Shown here: piece after piece, positions 13,205-25,485 of the stretch
Position numbering within the stretch: the stretch's first letter is position 1
How the letters are laid out: each line of letters opens with the position of its first letter
From: Malacoraja senta
Lineage: Eukaryota
Length of the DNA stretch: 64,000 nucleotides
Assembly (NCBI GenBank): GCA_038087875.1
Contig: CM075985.1
Location: 17,298,001 to 17,362,000 of the forward strand
Direction: 5' to 3'
Made by a program: the position numbers and the translations under genes
Notes under the pieces: model-generated
Databases searched by the model: none
What the model saw: only the letters and a program-made list of their open reading frames with translations
Told to the model about the DNA's origin: nothing

Positions 13205-13680
13205 GCAATATTGGGAACATGGCAAATGTTCACCAGGTTGATTGCAGAGATTGAAGGTTTGTCATTTGGGGAGAGGGTAGGGGATACATTTTCTTGAATT
13301 TAGAACGAGAGACATGATCGTATTAAAATACATAAAATTCTTACTGGTGTTGACACCGCAGATGTGGAGCTGATGTTTCCCTTTGCTAGGCTATGGCCAT
13401 TTGTGACAGATATGAGAAGTTTCTTCACCAAGAGGTGGTGAACCTATGGAATTCCCTATCCAAGTGGATGTGGAAATTCAGTTTGCTGAGTATATTTAAG
13501 ACTGAAATTGATAGAATTTAAGATACTGTGGAAATTAAAGGATATTGGGCTAGTGCAGAAAAGTGGTACTGAGGTAACACATGACTGACATCATGATCTC
13601 ATTGTGTGGTGGAATAGGCGTAAAGGGCCAATTGGACTATTCCTCCATTAATTCCTTCTGTTCTTATATTCTTATGTTCT
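13205..13680 (+). mobile_element. Old CR1 3' fragment
   Basis: GTTCACCAGGTTGATT and GTGGTGAACCTATGGAATTC segments, TTCTTATG tail. Confidence 0.75.
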
Positions 13681-14085
13681 GAAATTAACCCAGAGAATTG
13701 CTGATGTGATATTTATGAATAATTCCTCTGAACTTTGATTGAGCATGCTGGGTGTAGGCTGTTACCTTAAACGGTTGAAAGTGAATACTTATTCCCCCCA
13801 CACAGTGCTGGCTGCTGGTCTACTAACTGATTGATTTCACCTCCCAGTGCAGGCAGTCACAGCCTGGATTCTTCCAAGAATGTGACAGAAGTGACCTGTC
13901 AGAGGAGGGGAAGTGACAGACAGCTGTTTTCAGAGAGACTGACAGCATGTTTTCCATAATTAAAAGAATGTAGGATTTCTAATAATCACTTGGCTATCAC
14001 TCCAAGTGGAATTGTACTGCATGTTAGTTGGGTAACAGCAAATCACGCATGGTACGTAAGAATCTATTTGCTGTCATAAATTGCT

Positions 14086-14247
14086 TAACTAGAGGCAGAG
14101 ACTGATAGATTCTTGATTAGTACGGGTGTCAGAGGTTATAGGGAGAAGGCAGGAGAATGGGGTTAGGAGAGGTAGATTAGCTATGATTGAATGGCGGAGT
14201 AGACTTGATGGGCCGAATGGCCTAATTCTACTCCTATTACTTACGAC
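14086..14247 (+). mobile_element. CR1 3'-end fragment
   Basis: GATAGATTCTTGATTAGT...GGGCCGAATGGCCTAATTCT. Confidence 0.75.
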
Positions 14248-15441
14248 CTTTGAGTTAAAAATTTGAGAAATTGGAATATCGTGATTCATATGGGCTAACT
14301 ACTAAATTAATGAACCATTATTATCTTCATGAATTCCTACTTTAGAATCTTTTAAATTAAGCTTGATTTCTATTGTGATGAAATGGAACACCTATGGTGA
14401 ATAGCTGGCAATTATAGCCACTTCTGGGACTAGTCGCTGTAAAGGTCCTTCCACAAGGGCACCAGGCATTAGTCACTGTGCACACAGAAGTCCTTTCCAG
14501 GGGCACCAGGCACCAGTCACCAGAATTGAATTGAATTGAATACTTTATTGTCACAAGTCACAGAAATTCTTTGCTTGCATAGAAGGTATGCAAATAGTCG
14601 CCACGTAAAGACTGGTGACAAATTTACAAAGTATCCACGCCAGGTCCTTCTTTGTTCTGTGCACTCAGAGGTCCTTCTACATGTTCATCTGGGCCCAGTC
14701 CCTGTGCAAATTTGGGTCCTTCTACAGGGGCACCAAGGACCTTGCTACTTCTAGAGGAGTAGCAAGGACTAGTCGCTGCACCTACAGAGCCTGTAGGCTC
14801 TTCTACAGGGATAGTGCGATTTGCCCTTCCTCCAGAAAGAAAACAAATCATCTCCAAGTCCATTTAAATCTTTAGGAGCAAATAACAAACTGTTAGAGGA
14901 ACTCAGCAGGCCTGATCGTATCTATGAAAGGAAATGGACTGATAACGTTTCAAGTTGGAAAGGGTAGGGTTCTGACCCAAATGTTGTCTGTCCATTTCGC
15001 TCCACAGATGCTGCCTAGGCCACTGAGTTCCTCCAACAGTTTGTTATTTTGCTCAAGATCCCAGCATCTGCAGTTTTTTGTGTCTCCAAAAACATTTTAA
15101 AAAGTGAGCGCAGAACAGATTGCTCTGAATAGGGGAGTGGATAATTTGGCATTATAAACTTGTTTCTCCAATAATTAAGAAGTTTTAAAATGAAGATACA
15201 ATAAATGAAAATAGTTTTAAAATGGTCACTTTGTGATTACATATAAAAATAAATAATAAGTGGTTTAAATTAGGATGAATTGCACATTATTTTGTCTTGA
15301 TGTGTTTCAGACTCTGGTTTTTTTTTTAGCGAGGCCATTTGGGATCCAATAACCTTCACATCTCATACAGTTTTCTCTTGTACAGGAAGAACCCTTGTTT
15401 ACAAAGTTTATTTTTGAGCTCCGTGTTTACTTTAATGAAAT

Positions 15442-15666
15442 CCTGACTATGGGTGCTGTGTGTATGGAGTTTGTACGTTCTCCCTGTGACAGCGTGGGTT
15501 TTCTCTGAGTGTTCCGGTTCCTCCCACACTCCAAAGACATACAAGTTTTAAGTTAATTGGCTTAGGAAAAATTGTAAATTGTTCCTAGTGTGTAGGATAG
15601 TGCGGTGATTGTTGGTCGGCGTGGATTCGGTGGGCCGAAGGGCCTGTTTCCGTGCTGTATCTCTAA
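15442..15666 (+). mobile_element. HE1-like V-SINE, 5'-truncated
   Basis: GGAGTTTGTACGTTCTCCCTGTGAC ... GGGCCGAAGGGCCTGTTTCC. Confidence 0.85.
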
Positions 15667-16798
15667 CACCAATACCATCAGTCTTCATGGTAACTTTGAT
15701 TTATCTAAATAAGTTTAACTGGAAGAAATGCTCTTTCCCTCAAGACAATATGAGTACAATCCACCAGAGAAAAAAGAAAAGCAATAAGTGGAAGATGATT
15801 TATACATCACAATATGAATTTCACTGTGGAACATGCTGATTGTACAATTTGGAATCTGCATGAATTAAATAAAATAAAATCCTATGTGTTGAAAGTGGAA
15901 AGCTAACTCATAGAAATGGCTAATTATTTTTCGCTTTTAAGTTACTAGTTTCCTAGTTGCAGACAACCGTTGGAACAGCACAGTCAGATCAGTATTGAAA
16001 ACGAAGCTGCAAGCTAAAGGCACCCAGCTATGATGAGGCAAGAACTATCAAGGGATACAATCTGACAATTGGCAAAATGAACACACATCGAAAAAAATGG
16101 TTGACACAGAGTCTGCCGCATTTCTTGGTTTGTCAAAATAATAACTAGCAATACAGCACAACCAAACTAATTTCAAAAGCGCAAATATAAGAGCAATGTA
16201 CCTATTAACGTGTTCATTTACACTATCATGGGATGGCCTATTACAGAGCAGCATGGTGGCATATTTCCATTGCAAACTCTGCATCAGGTTAGGATTTAAA
16301 TTCCTCTAGTGACCTTCCACCCAGTGAGTTACTGATCTGAACAATGCCACTAAGACTTTAATCTTGGGAGTTAAAAGGATCTCATGGAATTGTTGACGTT
16401 CATTTAATTCCAAAGCAACATTGGCATGATGTGAGAGAAGGTGGACATGCAAGGCAATGTTTATTCTTTAGGAAGACATTTTATTACATCACCTCAAAAT
16501 TAAAAAAATCTAAAAATGAGCTACAGAAAGTCAGTTCATAGATTATTGACTGTGAAATTTTATAGTTCGCGGATTTATTTATAGCTGGCAGTAGCAGTGA
16601 TTAAATAGAAATAAGAAATAATGTTTGTGTGTGTTCCTCCATACCGATAAATTGCTCCTTTGCTTCAAGAAGCCTTTGCTGATTAGCAATAAACATTGTA
16701 GGAATGGGTAATGTAATCATTGAATTTGTGGTTTGTTCTTTCAGGAATTCTTGAACAATGATGGGATGTTAGTCAACTTGCACTGCAGTGCTCATTAA

Positions 16799-18002
16799 TT
16801 ATGCAACATTATAATCTGTATAAGTGAATTAGTTGTGAATTAATATACACCAGTGGTGATATTACTGGAATGCATGTGTGTCTTCTGAGAATTTCTACCT
16901 ACATTCCCATTTTGTTTTAGATAAACAATATAATTAATTCAAATAAATGTCTGCCTACGTGACGTATGGTTTCCATTGATTGCATTATTCTTTTGTTGTG
17001 GAGCTCAGTGGAATATATATTTGAATGTATGAAAGGTTAATGCCAAAACATATCCTGTCATGCAATGATCACCAATTGAAGCATGTTTCCCCAATGCACA
17101 CAATTATAAAGACAGGAATACTTCTGAATATATCTGGGATAGAGTCATAGAGTGATACAGCGTGGAAACAGGCCCTTCAGCCCACACCGACCAACATGTC
17201 CCAGCTACACTAGTCCCACCTGCCCGCATATTCCTCAAAACCTGTCCTATCCATATACCTATTTAACTATTTATTAAATGTTAGGATAGTCACAGACGCA
17301 ACTACCTCCTCTGGCACCTTGTTCCATACACCCACCACCCTTTGTGTGAAAAGGTTACTCCTCAGATTCCTATTAATCTTTTCCCCTTCACCTTAACCCA
17401 TGTCCTCTGGTCCTTGATTCATCTACTCTGGGCAAGAGACTCTGCGCATCTACCCGATCTATTCCTCTCATGATTTTATACTGTTCATGCATATGATATG
17501 TTCATGCATAAGATATATGTTATATATGATACATGAACAAATGGATGTTCATGCACAAAATATTTGTATTGTCTGAGTGCCAATGTTGTAGTTAATGCAG
17601 TGAAACTAACATTATATTTTTTTATTCACAGTGGCAAAGAAAATCCATTTCTGAGAGATAAAATGAACCTATATATCTTTCTGTTTACCAACATGATTTC
17701 TACAAACACATCAATACTGATGGTAATTTTAGATTTGTGTTGACAGAATTGAATCACGCATTCCTTTGATGGTCATCACTGGACCAGGCAGGCATGGAGT
17801 TTAATGAAATAGGTAACTTCAAATAGCAGCCCCACATGGGGACGAATCGACAGCCACAATATCCTCAACCTTTGATGGGAGAGTGAGGTGGGGTCCCTCT
17901 TGCTGCAGCCAATGCTGCTTCCATGGACAACAAATGACTGCTCCTAATGCACTAATAACCCACCACCCTTGAGAATTCACACTGAAGATGACAGGTAGAA
18001 AT
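16799..18002 (+). repeat. ~1.2-kb direct duplication, copy A
   Basis: Colinear with 27952-29162 (offset ~11.15 kb), visually ~95% identical, mostly non-repeat sequence. Confidence 0.95.
17141..17481 (-). mobile_element. CR1 3' fragment inside duplicated block, copy A
   Basis: Antisense CR1 ORF2 C-terminus and tail. Paralogous to 28293-28640. Confidence 0.85.
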
Positions 18003-18515
18003 ATACTCCTGCACCTATTTTCTATGTTTCTATGGAACAATTATAGATGGGAGGCAAGGGGATGTAGAAATTAGATGTAAAACAAGCAGGAACTAAAATT
18101 AACTTCAACATTAAATTTAACTCCAGAATGTCTTTACACACTGGGAATAGATTTTGATTTTGAGTGATCATAGAAATCAGATGATCCATGTTTCCCCCTC
18201 TCTGATCAAGAGGCCTCTCTGCCGCTCAAGTAACCCAGGTACACAGTGTCAGGTAACCCAGCTATACAGTGTCAGGGCTGGTCCATAACTGGACAGGAGC
18301 CGACCTGGGAATAGTAAATCTGTTTGGCTTGAAGCAAATGATCCGCCGAGCAGACTCAATCGATACGGATCTCAGTCTCATTGTATTGTATATACTAAAT
18401 GAACAGCTTTTATGTTTGTGAAGGAACTGTAGATGCTGGTTTACACTGAATTTAGACACAAAATGCTGGAGGAACTCAGCGGGACAGGCAGCATCTCTGG
18501 ATAGAAGGAACGGGT

Positions 18516-18543
18516 GACGTTTCGGGTCGATACCCTTCTTCAG
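18516..18543 (-). ncRNA. Minimal type-I hammerhead ribozyme core (Penelope-associated), best-preserved copy
   Basis: CUGAAGA-A-GGGU(AUCG)ACCC-GAAA-CGUC, inside the element at ~18418-18580. Confidence 0.7.
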
Positions 18544-19220
18544 ACTGAGCGTCTGGGGAGAGGGAGTTACAGAGATACAGTTTATAAGGTTTAATGTTTG
18601 TTTTTTGTGATAACTTTTCTTCAAAAAATGTCCTTTCCTTTTCTTATGCATGGCTTTTACATGGGTATAATTCTATATAACTTCTTTTTCATTTAAAAAA
18701 AAAGACATAAACTGCTGAGTAACTACTTTTTATTCTTCATGTGAAAAGTTTGGACGTATGGACCAGAAGGTTACTGTGTCACAGCTGACCCTCATAATAC
18801 TGAAACAAAGATGGAGACATCCACAAAGAGCAGCAGGGATGTGTGAGAGGTTTAATCTGAAGTTGAATCTGCTTTTGGAGGATCTTTTAATAACTCACCT
18901 ATTGTGTAGATGCTCAAAGCTCTACGTACTTAACATGCCGGAGTATTACTGAGGAAGCTATGGGCAGGCACATTCCTTTCATTTCAGAGGGCATGTTAGA
19001 GTCAAAGAATGAAACATGTATACTGGTGTCATGAATGACATTTCTCCTTGTATTGATCTTTGCATTACCAATTCTTTCCTTTCCCTGCACAAATGTACAG
19101 ATTTTTTTTTTTTTACATATCATTTCACCGGATTCGTATTCATGCTATTAGACGAAAGTAACTCCAAATCTTACCAAGAATATCATCAATATGGAATTGG
19201 ATTGATTCAGTTATAAAGAT

Positions 19221-19354
19221 GGAGCGGGAGATTGCAACCTTCACGTGGTCCACCCTGTTTCAACCAACCCGACGTGCACAAACAAATAGATCAAAGAGAA
19301 CAAGTTGACCTACAACTTTAGGCTGTGCACGCCATACGCAAGAAGAAGAAGAAG
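19221..19354 (+). mobile_element. 134-bp ribozyme-headed non-autonomous retroelement, copy 1 (ribozyme damaged)
   Basis: TSD TTATAAAGAT/TAATAAAGAT (19211-19220 / 19355-19364). Same 5' start as copy 2. (GAA)n tail. 9-nt deletion of J4/2-P2'. Confidence 0.85.
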
Positions 19355-19449
19355 TAATAAAGATTTCCTTGATTCCCTCATGGATTCCCCATTTAACTTG
19401 TGTTAGTCATGGAAGGGAGGGAGGGTGGGAGGAGAGATATATTTGAAAG

Positions 19450-19710
19450 CTAGCCACTGTTGTAAGTAGGTGAATATGGGATCCATCTTGTATATAATTA
19501 ATGATAATGTAAGGGAGGGGGTTACCTATTCTTAGTGATGTTGTTTATGCAATAAATGTGAATTGGGTTAATGGGAGAGTTTGTGTCCTCATCTTGAAAT
19601 AGTACAGGGGAATATTTTATGTTCAACCGAAAGGGCAGGCAGAATCTTTGTTTAAATCTTCAAATGAAGAACAGCATCCCTAAAAGCGCAGTACTGCTAG
19701 AGCGCCATAC
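19450..19710 (-). mobile_element. Ancient Deu-domain SINE remnant (SacSINE1/AmnSINE1-like)
   Basis: CTTGAAATAGTAC..GGGAATATTTTATGTTCAACCGAAAGGGCAGGC...GTTTAA...CAGCATC...GCGCAGTACT resembles the antisense Deu domain as I recall it. Confidence 0.55.
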
Positions 19711-19720
19711 ATTCCGGAAA

Positions 19721-19827
19721 TAGACACAAAATGCTGGAGTAACTCAGTGGGTCAGGCAGCATAACCCGCTGAGTTACTCCAGCTTTTGTGTCTATCTTCG
19801 GTGTAAACCAGCATCTTTCCTACACAT
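19721..19827. mobile_element. Short fold-back Penelope-like element
   Basis: Arms GACACAAAATGCTGGAGTAACTCAG / CTGAGTTACTCCAGCTTTTGTGTC. Degenerate TSD CATACATTCCGGA / CATAAATTCCAGA. Confidence 0.82.
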
Positions 19828-22800
19828 CATAAATTCCAGATTGGATTTTTATGTTAAATGTTATGCACAAAACAGAAAATGCTGGAAATACTCTAGATAG
19901 ACAGCACTTGCAGAAAGAGAAACTGGGTTAAAGCTTCAGATGTCTAACCTTTATCATTGGTCATTGACTTGAAAAGTTAATTCTGTTTCTCCTTGCTGAG
20001 ATGTTGTCTGAGCTGTTGATTATTTCCAGAACTGTCTGCCTTGTGTCTTGTCTAGGTCAGATGTGTCCTTGTTTTAGGAAGAGCTTCTGCTTCAGATTTC
20101 TCTTTGTTCAGTCTCAATGGTACTCTTCATTGCCTGGAAAGCATGCACTACTGACAGCTGCGTAGGAATATTGTGGTAATGGTTAATGATACATGTGGGA
20201 ATGTTTAATATAATGTAAAGGCCATTCTGGCCGAGTCTTCAGTTTCTTTAGTGGGAAAGAAGAAGGAAGATTAACCTGCCAATAAATTCATCTACAGTAG
20301 CAATGTCCCATTGTGGCATTAACACATTGCACTTTGATTCTGTGATCCACTGCATTTATTTCAATGAATTGAATTTTGGAGGTTGGATAAAATACACTGA
20401 CATGAAGACTGCTCTTGGAGCTGACTTGTTTAATGAAAAACATTAACACTAAGTCAATCATTGAAACAAAGCTTGTTATTGTGATATCCACCCCTGTGTA
20501 AATCATAAGTGGAGTTGTTCTCAGTGGATTAAAAAAAAGCTTGTTGCAATGGTAATCGTAATGAAACCTGCTGACACAACACAGCCCACTAAAGCTAACA
20601 AATGGATTTCATGATCAAATGCACATAAATTTAATTTAACCAGAAGAATATTTATAATATGACAGGGTGAGTGCAGCAAACAGAATCAGCACGTTGCTTT
20701 TCTCAGCCAGAGGTTGTAAGGATTTGCCAATTTACTCTCACCCATTATATAAGAATGTCTACCTTGCTCTGCACGCTGGTTTGAGGGGAAGCAAATTCAA
20801 CCCATTTTCTTCACTGTTGCAGATTTAGCAAATACGTAGACATGGGCAAAAGAAATGCAACACTGCTGGAAAACTCTAATGAACTCCATGTCCATTTTTT
20901 TTTAACGTTTGCTCCTATCTCCAAATTTGAAATAAAGGGTAAAACATACCATTTTGCTCAGGAAAGACCAATTTTGAGAAACCTATGAAAAGGTAGGGGA
21001 TACAAAGAAAAAATTAGCATTGATCATTGGCCCAGGTTTGCAAGAAGAATGTACAGCTACTATACAACAATAAATAAAAAGCACAATTTCTCAAGTCAAC
21101 AGAGCGTAAAATCAGGAAGATAGAAAAATGGGCCAGGTCAGCATTTACCACATAGGATAAGTTAAAAGCGATGATAATGATACAGATTTATCTTATTGTC
21201 TAGTTTTCCGAATGTTCTATAATTTTGTCATTTTTATTTTAAATCGATGTATTTAGAAAGTAAAATGGTGTGGATGCTAAGAATCTGAAATATCAACATA
21301 ATTCTGGAAATAGTCAGCAAGTCTAATAACATCAGCAAAGAGAGAAACAGTGGAATCATTAACTCATGTTTCTCCCTCCACTGTAACATATAGGGGGTGT
21401 ACGTTTTTGGATTCAATCACACTGCAAGTTTAGAAAGGTCAAATATATGAAATGGTCCTAAATATCAGATGGCTTTCTGACCTCAGGAAGCAGACGCACT
21501 TACTAAAGGTGAAGGTGAATGACAAATGACTGTAAGAATATGCAATTAAAATTTTAATGATCAAAGTAAAAGAATTCCAAAAAATAATTCTGGATTAAAG
21601 AGGTGGAAAAAGAACCCCAGTCACAGGGTCAAGGAGGATGGGATCCTTGGTGACTACAGGTATGGAAACTTTCTCACAGACAGAGCAGCAATGATGGGAC
21701 TGATGAAGTCCTTCTTTTATGAATGGAAAATAACATTATTGACAGAAGTATTTGGACAAATTGATAGTTCTGCTCAGAAATATATACTTTCCACTTGTTA
21801 ATTAGTATTCTAAGATAAAAATGCAGTACAAATATGCAATAGTTTTATAACTTATTTGTAGCTGAGGACTAACTCTCTCTTTAGTCCCACGGGATGTGTC
21901 CAAGCTGGATATGGGCATCTAAATGAGAAACATTGTTGGCATTGGCTCCTTATGAGCACAGGAGTAGATATCTTGACCTAATATTTGTTTCAACACTTTA
22001 ATACCTGGTTCTGCATGGAAAAATTAAAATAACTGCTCTTAATTATATTAATGTCAGATTATCATTCACCTGCAGGGTAATTGTTGGATACATTTAATGT
22101 TACACCAGTTATCCCCATTCATAGAAAGAACATGAATGGAAGAACATTGCTCATATAGACTTATTGGGGATGTAGAAGTGGTGTATAAAGAATAAAAATA
22201 TTCCAGTTTAATTAATTATTTTATCAATAACCACAGCACCATATTTGAGAGATTTATTTCTAGTCAATAAACAGTTCAATAGAATGTGTCTTTGCTCAGA
22301 CATATGTTTGCCTAATCTTATTAATTCAGAAAATACACTCAGCTGATAGTTCAAGAGTATTCATTCATTTTTGAACACATCGATATATGAAGGATCATCT
22401 CCAGTACTGAGCTTGCAACGTACAGTATATTGCTGATATCACAGTGCAGATTATCATTAACCCACCGATCAGTTCATGAACTATTCACCATCCATGTGCA
22501 TCATAGTAAACACAAATTCTATATATACATGCTCTGTACCAGTAGCATGCAACAATTGTCACTCGTGAATATGAGAGATTCATGCATATTGCATGTATCC
22601 ATCCTGAAGAGCGAAAGGATACTTCCAACGCAACCTCACAGTGCATGCAATTCACAGCGTCTACATGTCCCTTGACTTTTATTCTCCAACTTTCCTTATT
22701 AATCTCCCAACCAGACAGCTTTATAAACAGCATATCACCTTGACAAGTGAGGCCTTACTCCATCAGTAATAATCCCTTCCCTCCCTCTCTACAACTTAAC

Positions 22801-22982
22801 ACTAACTTGTTTTCTCACATTTCCAGTTCTGTAATGTAACGAAGGATCTTTAGACTGAAACATTAACTCAATTTCACTTTCCACAGATGCTGCCTGACCT
22901 GCTAAGATTTTCCAATAATTTCCATTTTCCATTCACATTTCCAGCATTTGTACATATTCCAATCAGTGACAATATTGTTGTA

Positions 22983-23312
22983 GGAAGGAAATGCAGTTGG
23001 TGGTTTATACCAAAGACCGACACAAAATGCTGGAGTAACTCAGTGGGTGAGGCAGCATCGCTGGAGAAAAGGAATCGGTGATGTTTTGAGTCAGAACCCT
23101 TTTTCAGACTGAAAGATAGAGGCGGGGTGGGGGGGGGGACTGGAGGGTGAGGGAACTGAGAGGCTTTGATTTTGTTCCCTCGCCTCCAGTTCCCCTCGCC
23201 CCACCTCTACCCTTCAGTCTGAAGAAGGTTTCTGACCCAAAATGTCACCTGCTCCTTTTCTCCAGAGATGCTGCATGACCCGCTGAGTTACTCCAGCATT
23301 TTGTGTCTATCT
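22983..23312. mobile_element. Fold-back Penelope-like element
   Basis: Inverted arms of ~140 bp. 14-bp TSD ACAATATTGTTGTA (22969-22982 / 23313-23326). Confidence 0.9.
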
Positions 23313-23994
23313 ACAATATTGTTGTAAATTGGAGGGGGTGGTGGCATCAACCAAAGAGACTACTGTGACAAGCATAGAGTTTGCAACCATGATAAGAGAT
23401 AATGCAGATGGTGCACCGTCAGGGGTAACCGACAGGCAACTGATTTATATCTAATTGCAAATGGAAAAACCATACAGGTGTGTCTGCATACAGGTTGCCC
23501 TTGACATTCCCAGAAGCAGACTCTTATCCCTCATGATCAATTTAGCTTTCCTGTCCAATGTTGACTCAATTCCTTTGAGGTTCTTTGCCGACGCCTGTAG
23601 TAGTACTTACTCAGCAAAGGTGCTGTTACTTTCACCTAGTTAACTCTTTTTTGTCATTGACCTGCAGTGCAGGTGACATTCATACATGACCTGAGGTTGT
23701 GATTTGCAATGGGGCAATAAGCATATTCCCCTACCACTAAAGATCCTCTCGCTGTGAACAATAGCAAGGATAATATTACAATTATACACTGCATGAATGT
23801 TTTTTTTTAAATTTATGATGTATTTGAACAGAAACTCTGAATATATTACACTCGACGAACATATGTATTCTGTCCATAATCATGGTCGACCTATTCCTCA
23901 GACCTTTACTCTCTCAAACTTCACACAATGAGATTTCCAATTGGGCGCTGAAAGCATTTGGGGATTTTGGAAAAAGGCAGATAAATGAAGGTAG

Positions 23995-24380
23995 TCATAC
24001 AGTTGTACAGCTTTGGAACATGCCCTTCAGCCCATCGTATCTACACCACCCATCATGCCTACCTTTACTAATCCCACTTGCTTGTATTAATTTTATATCC
24101 CTCTAACCCCTGCTCTTCCAAGTACCCGTCCAGATGACCATTATATGTTGTCACTGTTCACCACCTCCTCCGCCAGCTTATTCCAGACATCAATTACACT
24201 TGGTGCAAAAAATGTACCCCTCAAATCTCCTTTAAACCTCCTTCCTCTCGCCTTGAATGTATGCCTTTTCAATTTTTGACACCCCTGGGTAAAAGACTTT
24301 GGCCTTCTACCCTGTTTATGACCCTTGTAATTTTTCTATATCCCTATCATCCGCCTCTCAACCTTCTTTGCTCCAGGGAA
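23995..24380 (-). mobile_element. Old CR1 3' fragment
   Basis: Degenerate antisense match to the 17141/28293-type CR1 end. Confidence 0.6.
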
Positions 24381-24822
24381 CACTGACGCAAACTGTCCAA
24401 AAAAACACAAGTGTTGGAGGAATTCAGTGGGTCGGGTGGCATCTCAGGAGAACATGGATAGGCAACATTTTGGGTCGGGACACTTCTTCAGACTGATTGT
24501 AGGAAGGGTTGGAGGGGGGGGGAGGAGGAGGGGGGGAGGGGGGAGGAGGAGTGTGCTGGAAAACAGGTGGGATGGGAATTGATAGGTGGATACAGGTAAA
24601 GGGGGGGGGGGTGGTGTTGGTTAGCAGATGGATGGACAAAGGCCAGAGATAAAGCCAATCCAATCTCTGTTTGTAAATCTAGTTCTCCAACCCAGATGCT
24701 CTATTGCAGAGGTTATTTCACAAATCAGCATTCTTATTATTGAATGGCAGTCAGGGTTGTGTAACGCTTATTCCAATGTTTCAGCCTTTCTCTCAGAACT
24801 TCACATTTCTGCTGACCACCAG

Positions 24823-24892
24823 GCATGGACCAGGCAGTGTAGTGCATGGACCAGGCAGTGTAGTGCATGGACCAGGCAGTGTAGTGCATGGA
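24823..24892 (+). repeat. 21-bp tandem repeat x3.3
   Basis: GCATGGACCAGGCAGTGTAGT, perfect copies. Confidence 0.95.
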
Positions 24893-25084
24893 AATAAATC
24901 AGCTGCTACAGGAAGATTGAAAACTTTTACCTGCGGTGATACATCGTTTGGGATTTACAAAACAAATGGTAAGCTACCAAATCACACATACAGTACATCT
25001 TTGATTTTCAGCAAGTCATGCACTGGACTTGAATTACAATAGTTTCTCAGAACTGAAGTTTCATGAGATTCACTTCAATTTTAC

Positions 25085-25302
25085 TAGTTTTAGTTTAGTT
25101 TGTGGCCATGTGTACCAAAGTACAGTGAAAAGCATTTGTTGCGTGCTTACCAGTCAGTGGAAAGACAATACATGATTGCAATTGAGTTATTTACAGTGTA
25201 CAGATACATGATAAGGGAATAACATTTAGTGCTAGGTAAAGCCCGCAAAGTCTGATCAAGGATAGTCCGAGGGTCACCAATGAGGTAGATAGTAGTTCAG
25301 GA
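25085..25302 (-). mobile_element. Rex1/Babar- or L2-type LINE 3' UTR fragment
   Basis: Inverted homologue of 54558-54684 (+), which ends GCTTTTCACTGTACC..GCACATGACAATAAACTAAACT. Related ends at ~14523-14640, 38725-38815, 53545-53750 and 59640-59770. Confidence 0.55.
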
Positions 25303-25485
25303 TCTATCAGTATATAGTAAATACTTTCAGTAGGAAAATGACTTAAAAATGATGGATAGGCAGGGATACCTATGTGGAACGCACTGTGTCTGGGTCTCGA
25401 CACTCCTGTCAGTTTAATCTAGCAAGGCAATGCCTTGACTTCCTCGTCAAGAACGTTCCCTGCAGCAACATCTCTATGAGTTAAA

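Noticed and set aside
22983-23312. Fold-back repeats as DNA-transposon MITEs
   Set aside because: Asymmetric arms, variable 8-17 bp TSDs, single-arm copies and the link to a GIY-YIG ORF indicate Penelope-like retroelements.
24823-24892. CRISPR-like array
   Set aside because: Head-to-tail repeats with no spacers, eukaryotic context, no cas genes.
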